Shown here: positions 1 to 8,000 of the stretch, one piece after another | Layout: every line of letters starts with the position of its first letter | Position numbering within the stretch: position 1 is the stretch's first letter | NCBI GenBank assembly: GCA_963701075.1 | Contig: OY969559.1 | Location: 1,630,691 to 1,662,690 of the forward strand | Origin: an uncultured Nitrososphaerota archaeon | GTDB taxonomy: Archaea; Thermoproteota; Nitrososphaeria; Nitrososphaerales; Nitrosopumilaceae | Length of the DNA: 32,000 nucleotides | Direction: 5' to 3' | Notes under the pieces: model-generated | Databases searched by the model: none | Told to the model about the DNA's origin: nothing | What the model saw: only the letters and a program-made list of their open reading frames with translations | Program-made: the position numbers and the translations under genes

Positions 1-118
1 TGCCCTCATCGAAGAAAATTGCTGGAAATTCTGCAGCGTTCCAAATGTGAGTAAACCCAGATAACACTAGTAATCCTAAAAGGAACCAGTTAGCTCTTCT
101 AGAATTGATTTGGTACAC
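1..118 (-). CDS. 5' end of a membrane protein gene running off the left edge (possibly an ArnT/PMT-like GT-C glycosyltransferase N-terminus)
   Basis: Minus-strand frame is open from 127 to position 1, with GTG at 118-116. It translates as VYQINSRRANWFLLGLLVLSGFTHIWNAAEFPAIFFDEG: a basic stretch, a TM helix, then a loop ending in FDE, as in the first TM/loop of ArnT/PMT-type enzymes. It is too short and truncated to appear in the ORF track. Confidence 0.3.
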   Translation of the reverse strand, partial: MYQINSRRANWFLLGLLVLSGFTHIWNAAEFPAIFFDEG

Positions 119-240
119 TACTTGAATTCAAGTACACTGTTAAAATTGCTTGTCATTTCAATGACACGGTATAACTTTACTTCTGTCTGATTACAATCAT
201 GCCTCACAGGTCTGAATCAGGCAAAACCTGTTTTGATGGA

Positions 241-657
241 CTATTGCAGGAATCTTGGAATCTTTTTAGCAATATGCGATATAGATATTCTTCCAGGCCC
301 CAAAACGATTATTGTCAACAAGATGATAAATGCCAAGAGCTCAAGTTCTATTCCCGCGTTACCTGAAAATGATTTTAGCTTTTTTACATATACTATAGCC
401 CCAAGCATGTCAATTGCAATAAGACTGCTCGCTATTCTCGATAGCACTCCAACAATGAGAAGAATTCCTCCAATCAATTCCAGCAGGCCTATGAGAATTG
501 CCATATCGGCCGGAAGACCCAAACTTGAAAGAAACTTTCCAAATCCGCTACCAAACTTCATTTGACTGTGAACGATAAAGAAAACCCCCACTACAATTCT
601 CAATCCAAAATGTACAACATCATGTAGTATGTGCGTTCTAAGAGTGGCCTCAGCCAT
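241..657 (-). CDS. DoxX family membrane protein
   Basis: 138 aa with about four TM helices. The pattern LRIVVGVFFIVHSQMKF...LELIGGILLIVGVLSRIASSLIAIDMLGAI matches the DoxX layout (hG..K ... E..gg..L..G..tR.a). The plus-strand ORF 233-565 is its antisense shadow. Confidence 0.75.
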   Translation of the reverse strand: MAEATLRTHILHDVVHFGLRIVVGVFFIVHSQMKFGSGFGKFLSSLGLPADMAILIGLLELIGGILLIVGVLSRIASSLIAIDMLGAIVYVKKLKSFSGNAGIELELLAFIILLTIIVLGPGRISISHIAKKIPRFLQ

Positions 658-821
658 TTGTTATTATTTTTGTTTATAGTTATTATTAATCTTCGTAATC
701 TGTTTTTTATTAAAAAATTGTGTCAAATGACAGTCAAAGATTTTCATTTTCACGTTAACTGCATTTGGTTTTTGTTATTTACTACATTTCCATAAATTGG
801 TGAACGGTACAAAACATTTCC

Positions 822-1028
822 ATGAAATGTCCACCAATGGTTTATCAACGTACCGTACCATTCACATCTATGCCAAGAAAAGAATACAAAACCATTACCG
901 TGAAAAACGAGTCCTACGAGCAGTTCAAAAGAGCCGTCAGGGATGCAAAGAAAAAGGACAAGTCTCTTGACAATAGCACGTTTCTAAATTCTCTCATAAG
1001 TCAACACCACAAGTCCAGAAAGCCATGA
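822..1028 (+). CDS. small basic protein, possible ribbon-helix-helix DNA binder
   Basis: KTITVKNESYEQFKRAVRDAKKK looks like a beta-strand followed by a helix, as in RHH folds. The likely real start is the internal ATG at 870 (MPRKEY). Its stop overlaps the next ATG (ATGA at 1025-1028). Confidence 0.35.
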   Translation: MKCPPMVYQRTVPFTSMPRKEYKTITVKNESYEQFKRAVRDAKKKDKSLDNSTFLNSLISQHHKSRKP

Positions 1029-1240
1029 CAGAAAAACAAAGAAAACCAACACTTGAAGAGATGTGGAAGCAGATTAGTAGAATCCTTATTCCAATGGGCC
1101 AGATGCCAGACAAGGCAAGCATGGATTACAAGCAGGTGGAGGAACTTTATTCTAGTCTAATTGTAGCCGACAGGACATTCAAAGATCTTGTGCAGATTGC
1201 AATTTTTAAAAAAGAGATAAACGAAATAGAAAATGAGTAA
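1025..1240 (+). CDS. hypothetical small protein, translationally coupled to 822-1028
   Basis: 71-aa ORF with a 4-nt ATGA start/stop overlap with the upstream ORF. No recognisable motif. Confidence 0.35.
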   Translation: MTEKQRKPTLEEMWKQISRILIPMGQMPDKASMDYKQVEELYSSLIVADRTFKDLVQIAIFKKEINEIENE

Positions 1241-1301
1241 ATAGGAATTACTTACGCTCTTACGTCGAATTCTCTCAATGCGTGACAAATTTAACACATG
1301 A

Positions 1302-1658
1302 TTATAAAATCGATAGCATGGAAACTGTAGGATTGAAATCTGCCCAGAGTGTTGGCAGGTCTGTCTTGAACTGGGTCTTGTTATCATTGGTGACATCAGT
1401 TGCCACTATCTGCAGATCAGTTGTTATTTTTGAAGAATCAACGCTGATTGTAGTGCTATTGATGTTTGGTATGACACTTATTGCATCTCCAATGTAACCG
1501 GTAAGATAGTTTGCCTGACATGTTACTTATGCAAGTGTCGCATTCATGGAATCTTGTTGTACAGTGGCAGCTTTACTTTTTTGCGTGATTGGAGTCTGCG
1601 CAAATGCAGCTGCTGGAATGATCAACAAGGCATATGCCATCAACGAGACACATTGCAT
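1302..1658 (-). pseudogene. secreted Asn/Thr/Ser-rich protein interrupted by an in-frame TAA
   Basis: ATG at 1658 gives MQCVSLMAYALLIIPAAAFA/QTPITQK..., a classic signal peptide with an AFA-Q cleavage site. An in-frame TAA lies at 1529-1527. The same frame then stays open for 74 more codons (VTCQANYLTGYIGDAISVIPNINSTTISVD...LWADFNPTVSMLSIL) to the TAA at 1304-1302. Track ORF 1282-1497(+) is antisense to it. Confidence 0.35.
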
Positions 1659-1883
1659 CTTAGTATGCACGAATGGACTAGAGAGTTTGTTTTATAAAGA
1701 ATTGCTAAGCTTTGTTACTTAACAATGTTAATTTAGATTTTTATGAGTTTTTGAAATTGTACAAAATTTATCTGTGACTTTATTTGTCAAACTTTTTTTT
1801 AATTTATTGTGCAGCAATTTATTGCAACCAATCGCAATCATGTCTTGGAAAAAATATTTTCTTTGTTAAAATGTAGAACGGGT

Positions 1884-3126
1884 TTAATCTCTTCTGAGTG
1901 CCACCATTGGAGATAATCGTGATGCTTTCCAGGCAGGATAGATTCCTGCCATTATGCTAAGAGTCAATGACAACATCCAAACCTTGATCAAGTCCTCTGG
2001 CAAAAATATTGGCGGTATATGCGTAGAATCTCCCCCAGTAGGAGACGGAACCGTCATAATCATGCTAAGAAGATATCCTGCACCCATCCCTATTGCGATA
2101 CCAACACTTGCCCCTATTACTCCAATCAAAGCTGCTTCAACCAAGAACAGTGAGAGAATTGTTGTGTTTTGTGCGCCTATTGCTTTCATTGTACCAATCT
2201 CTTTTATCCTTTCACTAACAGAATTGTATAACGTGGTGACAATTCCAACAGCTCCGACCACTAACGCAATTATGCCAACCATTAGGATAAATGCATTATT
2301 TCCGCTTGCTGCCTGTTCACGTATTGCCATGACAGACTTTTGGCGTGTTTGTCCCAATAGTGGAACCATATTGGGTGGTTATCTCTTTCTGTACCGTATC
2401 AACATAATCAGGCGAATCTGCCATTATATACAATGTATCATACTTGTTTGATTTTTGTAATAGTTGATTTGCCGCATCAGGGTTTATGAATATAGAAGTG
2501 TCTGTGTATGAATCGCCAGTGGGTTTTACAATTGCCCTAACAATAAAATTTTTTACGTTGCTCTCCTGCTGTCCTGCAGAATTTGCATATGTGTATGTCA
2601 GCTTTACTGTTTGTCCTAGAACCACAAAAGGTGTTGTATCGCCCGGTGGATTTGCCACGGTGTCTCCAACAATTACTGCTGCACGATCAGCAGGGTTTAC
2701 AGATGAGCCGTCTACATACTGCAGGTTTGGCACCTTGACCTGTAATTTTGTGAGATCCATGCCAACAACTGTCACATGTTGTGTAGTTCCCTCTGTATCC
2801 ATCTCTACAGAACCCTGATACTTTGGTATGACATCGTCTACGAACGGAAGTGACTTGATTCTGTCTACTATAACAGCATTTAGGATAAGCGAGGAAGTAG
2901 TAGTGGTAGATGAAGCATACGAGTGCTGGCCTGAGCTGGCAAAGATAAGATTTGCTGCAAGCGTGTTGAACTGCTGCTCTAGAAATTCGGCCTGTCCTGC
3001 ACTGAGTCCGTTTAATACAACTACCAAGCTGCTTCCAAGAACTACCATCATCACAGTTAGAATTGTTCTGACTTTTCTGTCGACTAGTGCGTCAAAGGAC
3101 AGAGAAAATATATCGTGTATTTGCAT
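1884..3126 (-). pseudogene. FtsX/MacB-type ABC transporter permease, split by a frameshift
   Basis: ORF 2317-3126 has an N-terminal TM helix plus a large extracytoplasmic domain (RKVRTILTVMMVVLGSSLVV...). ORF 1884-2369 has the FtsX core (SVSERIKEIGTMKAIGAQNTTILSLFLVEAALIGVIG). The two overlap in different frames. Removing one T from the T4 run at 2338-2341 joins them as ...TNTPKSVMAIREQ.... No ABC ATPase gene is adjacent. Confidence 0.8.
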
Positions 3127-3390
3127 GGCTTGTTTTCCTTACCACAAGTTTTTGGCAGTGACCAAAAAGGGATGAGGTTTAGCATTACCAGATAAGATGT
3201 ATGTGGTTTTGCTGTAACTTGACAAATTGTTCATGATGACTTGCAGACCCTATTATTTAAAATGTCAAGAACGCAATTAAGTGTAATAGTACATTTATCG
3301 AAGGGTACTCAGAGATTGCAATTTTTCTGCAATATATTGCAAGCATTTTATCAATTGATTTGCTACAAGACTTTTTTCATTTGTCAGATG

Positions 3391-3645
3391 TCAGTTAAAG
3401 ATTACCTTTTTTCTCCACCCAGATACAAAGAGAGCTGTGCCAATTCCAACTGATATCATTCCGGCATATACCAGCATATGGCCTACAGTTTGTACTAGAT
3501 TTTCATTGCAGTGACAGCTAAAGGTCTTGCCTGATATCTGGGCAGGACAATGACAAACAACATCCGAGTATGATCCGTATCCGAGTACCGACATTAAAAG
3601 TCCCATAACAACAAGTATCGCACCAAGAGTTTTCATCTTTATCAC
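3391..3645 (-). CDS. small Cys/His-rich membrane protein
   Basis: 84 aa with N- and C-terminal TM helices flanking VVCHCPAQISGKTFSCHCNENL (CxC...CxC). The palindrome TTGATTGCAATCAA lies 52-65 nt upstream of the ATG. Confidence 0.5.
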   Translation of the reverse strand: MIKMKTLGAILVVMGLLMSVLGYGSYSDVVCHCPAQISGKTFSCHCNENLVQTVGHMLVYAGMISVGIGTALFVSGWRKKVIFN

Positions 3646-3696
3646 GTATATGACATAGCCCTCATTTAAAAAATCGGCTTGTCTATATTATAACAC

Positions 3697-3710
3697 TTGA
3701 TTGCAATCAA
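3697..3710. promoter_or_regulatory. perfect 14-bp palindrome TTGATTGCAATCAA, best copy of a recurrent TTGCAATCAA intergenic motif
   Basis: Read directly; the sequence is self-complementary. The same 10-mer recurs at 13072-13081, 19602-19611, 26554-26563 (all intergenic) and 5674-5683. Confidence 0.4.
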
Positions 3711-4199
3711 ATTTCCACAGCCCTTAATCCAAAGGTTGATCCTGTAGTACAGGATTACCAGACTGGATTGTTCTACACAATATCATGAATAACACGTCCA
3801 TCATCAGGGACAAATGAGAATTTTCATCAGGATTGTTCCCTGTCTTGTGATTGTTCCTGTTTCCGATTATGACTGCGTGAGACAGCATGTCAATATCAAC
3901 GGTTTCTAGACTTCGTTCCATGCGTATAATACCCTGTTTGAAAATAAAACGATTGTTGAACTGTGTTAGTGCACATTGTTCTTGAATGATGAGGCGGTAA
4001 TTTACAGGTTAACAGGCATAGAGTGGCATCATGATTACATCCAGTGATGTGGCATTTGAGAAAGTGTGGGTTTCTAGCAAGATCATCTCAGAGAAATGAT
4101 CAATTGATTATATCATGAATATTTTAAATGAAGAGTCAAGATAGTTTTTCCCAGATTTTTTTGACAAACGTCTGGTCTATTGAATTATAACATCCACAC

Positions 4200-4724
4200 A
4201 TGACTCTTTTTTTGAAGATGAGTCAAACTGTACAAAAAGACAAGATGTTGTTGCTCTCTTTTGTAGCAGCTGCTGTAACGGTAATTGCCGGAATAATGCA
4301 CTTGCAGATGGTTCCAATGTCCATATCGCATGACATTGGAGAGGGAATACTCTTTCTAGTCGGTGGCGCACTGCAAGTCTTTTGGGCAGTGCCTGTCATA
4401 AAACGATGGGGTATGATATGGCAAATTATTGGAATTGTTGGAACCGCAGTCTTTTCGATAATATGGTTTTCTACTCACATACATAGTCTGATAGGCGGTC
4501 ACGGAGGCAATATGCCTGGAATGATGCCAAGCAACATGTCGCAGGCATTTCATGGCAACATCACCGGAGGCAATTTCCCAAGAGGGCCTCCACCTACAGG
4601 AATTAGGAGCATACCCCAGATAGAATACCTGCAGATGGCATTCATTGTTTTGTATGCTGGCCTAAGCAAGATGATCTCAAATAAAAAGAAAGAAACTGCA
4701 ATACCTGATGTAAACAAAAAATAA
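4200..4724 (+). CDS. polytopic membrane protein with a His/Met-rich loop
   Basis: 174 aa with about four TM helices, then THIHSLIGGHGGNMPGMMPSNMSQAFHGN (nt 4476-4553). The start is uncertain (ATG at 4200, 4218 or 4245). Confidence 0.55.
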   Translation: MTLFLKMSQTVQKDKMLLLSFVAAAVTVIAGIMHLQMVPMSISHDIGEGILFLVGGALQVFWAVPVIKRWGMIWQIIGIVGTAVFSIIWFSTHIHSLIGGHGGNMPGMMPSNMSQAFHGNITGGNFPRGPPPTGIRSIPQIEYLQMAFIVLYAGLSKMISNKKKETAIPDVNKK

Positions 4725-4727
4725 GAC

Positions 4728-4988
4728 TTAGATGTAATCTTTTTTTGATATCAGACTGTTAACCCGTCTTATTATTCTACGAAATGTTGGATTTTCATCG
4801 CTGCCTTGTATCTCAAGCTTGCCGTCCTTGTAATAGTATACTGCAATTTTTCCGTCAATTGATACCATCTCAAACGAGTCTAGCATCGAATCATGGTATG
4901 AGGGGTATTGCGAGAGTATGAAATCTTTTGTAAGCGATCTCTTTACAGAATAAAACAGGTCTGGCGGCACCTTGTTGTAGTTTACCAT
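4728..4988 (-). CDS. hypothetical small soluble protein
   Basis: 86-aa ORF. IDGKIAVYYYKDGKLEIQG faintly resembles the YxSGKxxxQG strand-turn of the RNase HIII N-terminal (TBP-like) domain. That resemblance is weak and unverified. Confidence 0.45.
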   Translation of the reverse strand: MVNYNKVPPDLFYSVKRSLTKDFILSQYPSYHDSMLDSFEMVSIDGKIAVYYYKDGKLEIQGSDENPTFRRIIRRVNSLISKKDYI

Positions 4989-5068
4989 ATCATTGCCTTG
5001 CGTTCCATCATTTTTAGCGTTTTTTTGCCGTAAAATTGCCTCGAGTTTTCATTTCTTAATTTTTAATT

Positions 5069-5527
5069 CTACTGGTATGGTATGCACTGCTGTACATCAT
5101 GCAATCTTGCAATTGCATTTAACGCATTATTTTTGTAATCTTCATTTCTTGCAAGCCATGAAGCAATATCTGTTACAGTCACTATTCCCGCAAGACTGCC
5201 ATCTTGGCCCACAACTACAAGACGCCTTATGTTATATATCGACATCATGAGCGCTGCTTCGGAAATTATTTCGTTGGCCTCAATAGATATGATTGGATTT
5301 GACATTATCTTCTCCACAAGTACTTTGGACGGATTCAAATCCTGAGATACCACCTTAGTTACAATATCTCTTTCTGTAAGCATCCCTGCTGGTTGCGCCC
5401 TCTGTGTAACCACAATTGATCCAATCCCTAACTTTGTCATTATCTGCGAAGCCTCAAAGACACTTGAGTTTGTAGGAATGGTCTGGACAAATTCTGTCAT
5501 TATTTCCTTGACGGTTGATTCGCTCAT
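5069..5527 (-). CDS. CBS-pair domain protein
   Basis: 152 aa with two CBS repeats: VKEIMTEFVQTIPTNSSVFEASQIM...GSIVV...GMLTERDIV and VEKIMSNPIISIEANEIISEAALMM...RRLVVV...GIVTVTDI. Confidence 0.85.
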   Translation of the reverse strand: MSESTVKEIMTEFVQTIPTNSSVFEASQIMTKLGIGSIVVTQRAQPAGMLTERDIVTKVVSQDLNPSKVLVEKIMSNPIISIEANEIISEAALMMSIYNIRRLVVVGQDGSLAGIVTVTDIASWLARNEDYKNNALNAIARLHDVQQCIPYQ

Positions 5528-5593
5528 GCTGAGAAACTATTTTGGATACAAGATATTAATTCAGATATCTGAACAATCTGAGTCAGTGTTAAA

Positions 5594-5869
5594 TTAATTT
5601 AAGTTAAAAAAGTAAGCGGTGTAGAGAGGTAAATTGAGATTAGGCAGTAATGTCGTTTGGGTTCTCGATTTTCTTGCAATCAACTCTAGTACGAGCTCAA
5701 AATCTTGCAACCAGCCTTTTTGACGTATGCGACCACAGTCAATTTTTGCATATACCAACTCATGCCCAATAGGGCACTTGGTATCACAGTCTTTGCACTC
5801 TTTTTGAATTGCTTGAACATTTTGCATGTTCCAATTTATGATCATGCCCTTCTTGTAACCACTAAACAT
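5594..5869 (-). CDS. hypothetical Cys-containing protein
   Basis: 91-aa ORF containing CKDCDTKCPIGH...DCG. No family recognised, and it contains one copy of the TTGCAATCAA motif (5674-5683), so the coding status is uncertain. Confidence 0.3.
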   Translation of the reverse strand: MFSGYKKGMIINWNMQNVQAIQKECKDCDTKCPIGHELVYAKIDCGRIRQKGWLQDFELVLELIARKSRTQTTLLPNLNLPLYTAYFFNLN

Positions 5870-5950
5870 CAGTGCAATATCGTTTGCAAGAAGAAAAAGT
5901 AGGTCTAACTAATAATCTGAGATATTTTTGCAATATCTTTTGGTAACAAT

Positions 5951-5955
5951 ATGGT
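5951..5955. repeat. left copy of the 5-bp target site duplication ATGGT
   Basis: ATGGT directly abuts the left IS terminus. An identical ATGGT abuts the right terminus at 7041-7045. Confidence 0.85.
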
Positions 5956-7040
5956 TAGGAGTTACGCAGTTGACCTTCACAAGATAGCCTAAGGATTCAT
6001 TCCATAAATCTTAGATCCAAGACGATCCCCTCTTTGCAATGAACCAATCAAGATGTGATGTACTAGACTACATACAGTTCCTCATAGCATCCCAGAAGAC
6101 CTTTACATGTACAGAGGCTGCAAGATGCCAGCCCGTGGAGCTGTACAAAATCCCATCCCATGACTCCTTTACGCGCCTTCTACAACGACAGACTCAAGAC
6201 ACTGAGACGGTTTGGAAGGAAGCAAAGGCAATGATAGGAAGCGGGGGTGTTATTGTAGTCGACGATACCACTCTTGACAAGCCGTATGCCTCAAAGATGG
6301 ACCTTGTAACATGGCACTGGAGTGGCAAGCACAGATGTGTGGTCAAGGGAATAAACCTCATCACGCTTCTGTGGACAGATGGAAAAAAGCGCGTACCGTG
6401 TGATTGCAGGATCTACGACGCACCTGTCACAGGTCTTACAAAGAACGACCGCTTCCAGGAGATGCTGGTAAAGGCCAGGCAGAGAGGCATGAATCCGCTG
6501 TATGTGCTCTTTGACAGTTGGTACTGCAGCATTGGAAACCTCCATCTTGTCGCAAAGCTTGGATGGTATTTTCTGACAAGGCTGAAAAGCAACAGGACTG
6601 TCAGTCTGAAAGATGGTAAGAACGTGTCAGTGAGTAGCATGGAAATACCAAAGCATGGAAGAACAGTCTACCTCAAAGAGTACGGAACCATAAAGGTATT
6701 CAGGACAGTTTCCAAAAACGGAGACGCTGAGTACTGGGCAACAAACAATCTGTCAATGAATGCGGTAAGAAGGGAGGAGCTTGAAAAACATGGATGGTCA
6801 GTAGAGGTGTATCACCGTGGAATCAAGCAGTGCTGTGGTATTGAAAGGTCGCATGTCAGAAAGGCAAGATCGATAATCAGTCACATACTCTTGTCTGTCA
6901 GGGCTTTTCTGCGTCTTGAGGCATACCGGATAGAGACAGGGACGAGCTGGTATGAGGCAAAGAGTGCCATAATCCGGTATGCGATACGGAACTATCTATC
7001 CCGTCCGTTCTGTCATTTGGGCTCAACTGCGTAACTCCTA
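5956..7040 (+). mobile_element. 1,085-bp insertion sequence (IS4/IS701-like DDE type) with perfect 18-bp terminal inverted repeats
   Basis: IRL at 5956-5973 is TAGGAGTTACGCAGTTGA. IRR at 7023-7040 is TCAACTGCGTAACTCCTA, its exact reverse complement. There is a single transposase ORF, flanked by the ATGGT/ATGGT duplication. Family assignment is not verifiable here. Confidence 0.9.
6039..7034 (+). CDS. DDE transposase
   Basis: 331 aa. Candidate catalytic triad contexts are VIVVDDTTLDKPY, LYVLFDSWYCS and YHRGIKQCCGIERSHVRKARS (YxxR...E...K/R signature as in IS4-superfamily enzymes). The stop codon lies inside the right IR. Confidence 0.85.
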   Translation: MNQSRCDVLDYIQFLIASQKTFTCTEAARCQPVELYKIPSHDSFTRLLQRQTQDTETVWKEAKAMIGSGGVIVVDDTTLDKPYASKMDLVTWHWSGKHRCVVKGINLITLLWTDGKKRVPCDCRIYDAPVTGLTKNDRFQEMLVKARQRGMNPLYVLFDSWYCSIGNLHLVAKLGWYFLTRLKSNRTVSLKDGKNVSVSSMEIPKHGRTVYLKEYGTIKVFRTVSKNGDAEYWATNNLSMNAVRREELEKHGWSVEVYHRGIKQCCGIERSHVRKARSIISHILLSVRAFLRLEAYRIETGTSWYEAKSAIIRYAIRNYLSRPFCHLGSTA

Positions 7041-7960
7041 ATGGTAAAAGTGACTGGATTATTTCTAACAGAAATTGTACCGTGGTGTTGGCCAATTATG
7101 TTTTTACAACTTGGTAGGCCAAGTCCAGTCCCACGTTCTTTTGTGGTAAACAACGGTTCAAAAACCTTTGACAGTGATTCGTCAGGTATTGCAGGACCCG
7201 AATTTTGAATATCTATTTGGATCTCATCCTCTTTCTTGGCAAGCCTTATTGAAATTTCTCCAGCGGTTTTTTCTCCAATAGATTGAATTGCGTTTGTCAA
7301 TATGTTATAAAAGACAACTTCCAACTTTATTTTATCGCATTTTATCGAGATGTCATTTTCTGGAATTATTATTTTTATATTGGCTGGAACTGGAATTCCA
7401 TCCAATGAACTGCGAATTATATCCAATAGAGAATATTTTTCTATAATTAATGGCTGGGTTCTAGCAAAATCCAAGACACCTGTTATCAGCATATTCATTC
7501 TAGCAACAGAACGACTTATTCTTGAAAACTCCTCTAGCATATCCGAATTAAGCTTTCCTTTGTATTTTATGTTCATCAGGTCTACCGTATTTTGGATTAT
7601 TGAAATAGGGTTTCTCAGATCATGGCTCAGATCAGATGCCAGCTCGCCCAAAATTACTAGTTTTTCGTCTTTGATGTTTTTTTCGGTCTTAGTTTGTTGC
7701 ACCTTTGTAACAAATTCACATTTTAGACCAAGTGACTCGTGATGTTTCCAAATGGCCTCTTCACTAGGCGCCTCCAAGATACAGTATAGCTTGTCTTCAT
7801 TTTTGTTGTGAAATATTTCCAAATGCGTGACCCCAAAGCCATCCTTGGGTAAATTTACCGCTTTTTCCAGATCTTCCTGACTGAGATCTTTCATATTGTG
7901 GCCGTCTATGAAGATTGGCAATCGTATATCATAGCCGATTTTCTCATAAATATCTTTCAC
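7013..7960 (-). CDS. cytoplasmic sensor histidine kinase (DUF4242-like N-domain + HisKA + HATPase_c), 3' end replaced by the IS insertion
   Basis: H-box is LASDLSHDLRNPISII. N/G boxes are FYNILTNAIQS, IQNSGPAIP and TKERGTGLGLPSCKNII. The N-terminal part LPIFIDGHNM...GVTHLEIFHNKNEDKLYCILEAPSEEAIWKHHESLGL resembles DUF4242. No TM helix is present. The last 8 codons (RSYAVEPK) are read from the IS right end. The start is GTG 7960 or TTG 7921. Confidence 0.85.
   Translation of the reverse strand: MKDIYEKIGYDIRLPIFIDGHNMKDLSQEDLEKAVNLPKDGFGVTHLEIFHNKNEDKLYCILEAPSEEAIWKHHESLGLKCEFVTKVQQTKTEKNIKDEKLVILGELASDLSHDLRNPISIIQNTVDLMNIKYKGKLNSDMLEEFSRISRSVARMNMLITGVLDFARTQPLIIEKYSLLDIIRSSLDGIPVPANIKIIIPENDISIKCDKIKLEVVFYNILTNAIQSIGEKTAGEISIRLAKKEDEIQIDIQNSGPAIPDESLSKVFEPLFTTKERGTGLGLPSCKNIIGQHHGTISVRNNPVTFTIRSYAVEPK
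7041..7045. repeat. right copy of the 5-bp target site duplication ATGGT
   Basis: See 5951-5955. Confidence 0.85.
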
Positions 7961-8000
7961 ACATGAAGGTCTAGAAGTTCTCCGTGTTCAGTTTCAGGTG

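Noticed and set aside
2317-2369. Programmed ribosomal frameshifting as an explanation for the split genes (FtsX, terminase, hicB)
   Set aside because: I see no slippery heptamer plus downstream structure at the overlaps. The FtsX and hicB shifts sit at plain 4-nt homopolymers (the terminase shift cannot be placed), and the required shifts go in different directions. Indel error or mutation is more parsimonious.
1954-3175. Long plus-strand ORFs (1954-2451, 2486-2818, 2828-3175) opposite the FtsX permease
   Set aside because: They are low-complexity antisense shadows of a gene with clear FtsX/MacB motifs on the minus strand, and they have no recognisable motifs of their own.
7350-7742. 130-aa plus-strand ORF inside the histidine kinase gene
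   Set aside because: It is antisense to unambiguous HisKA/HATPase motifs, so it is a shadow ORF.
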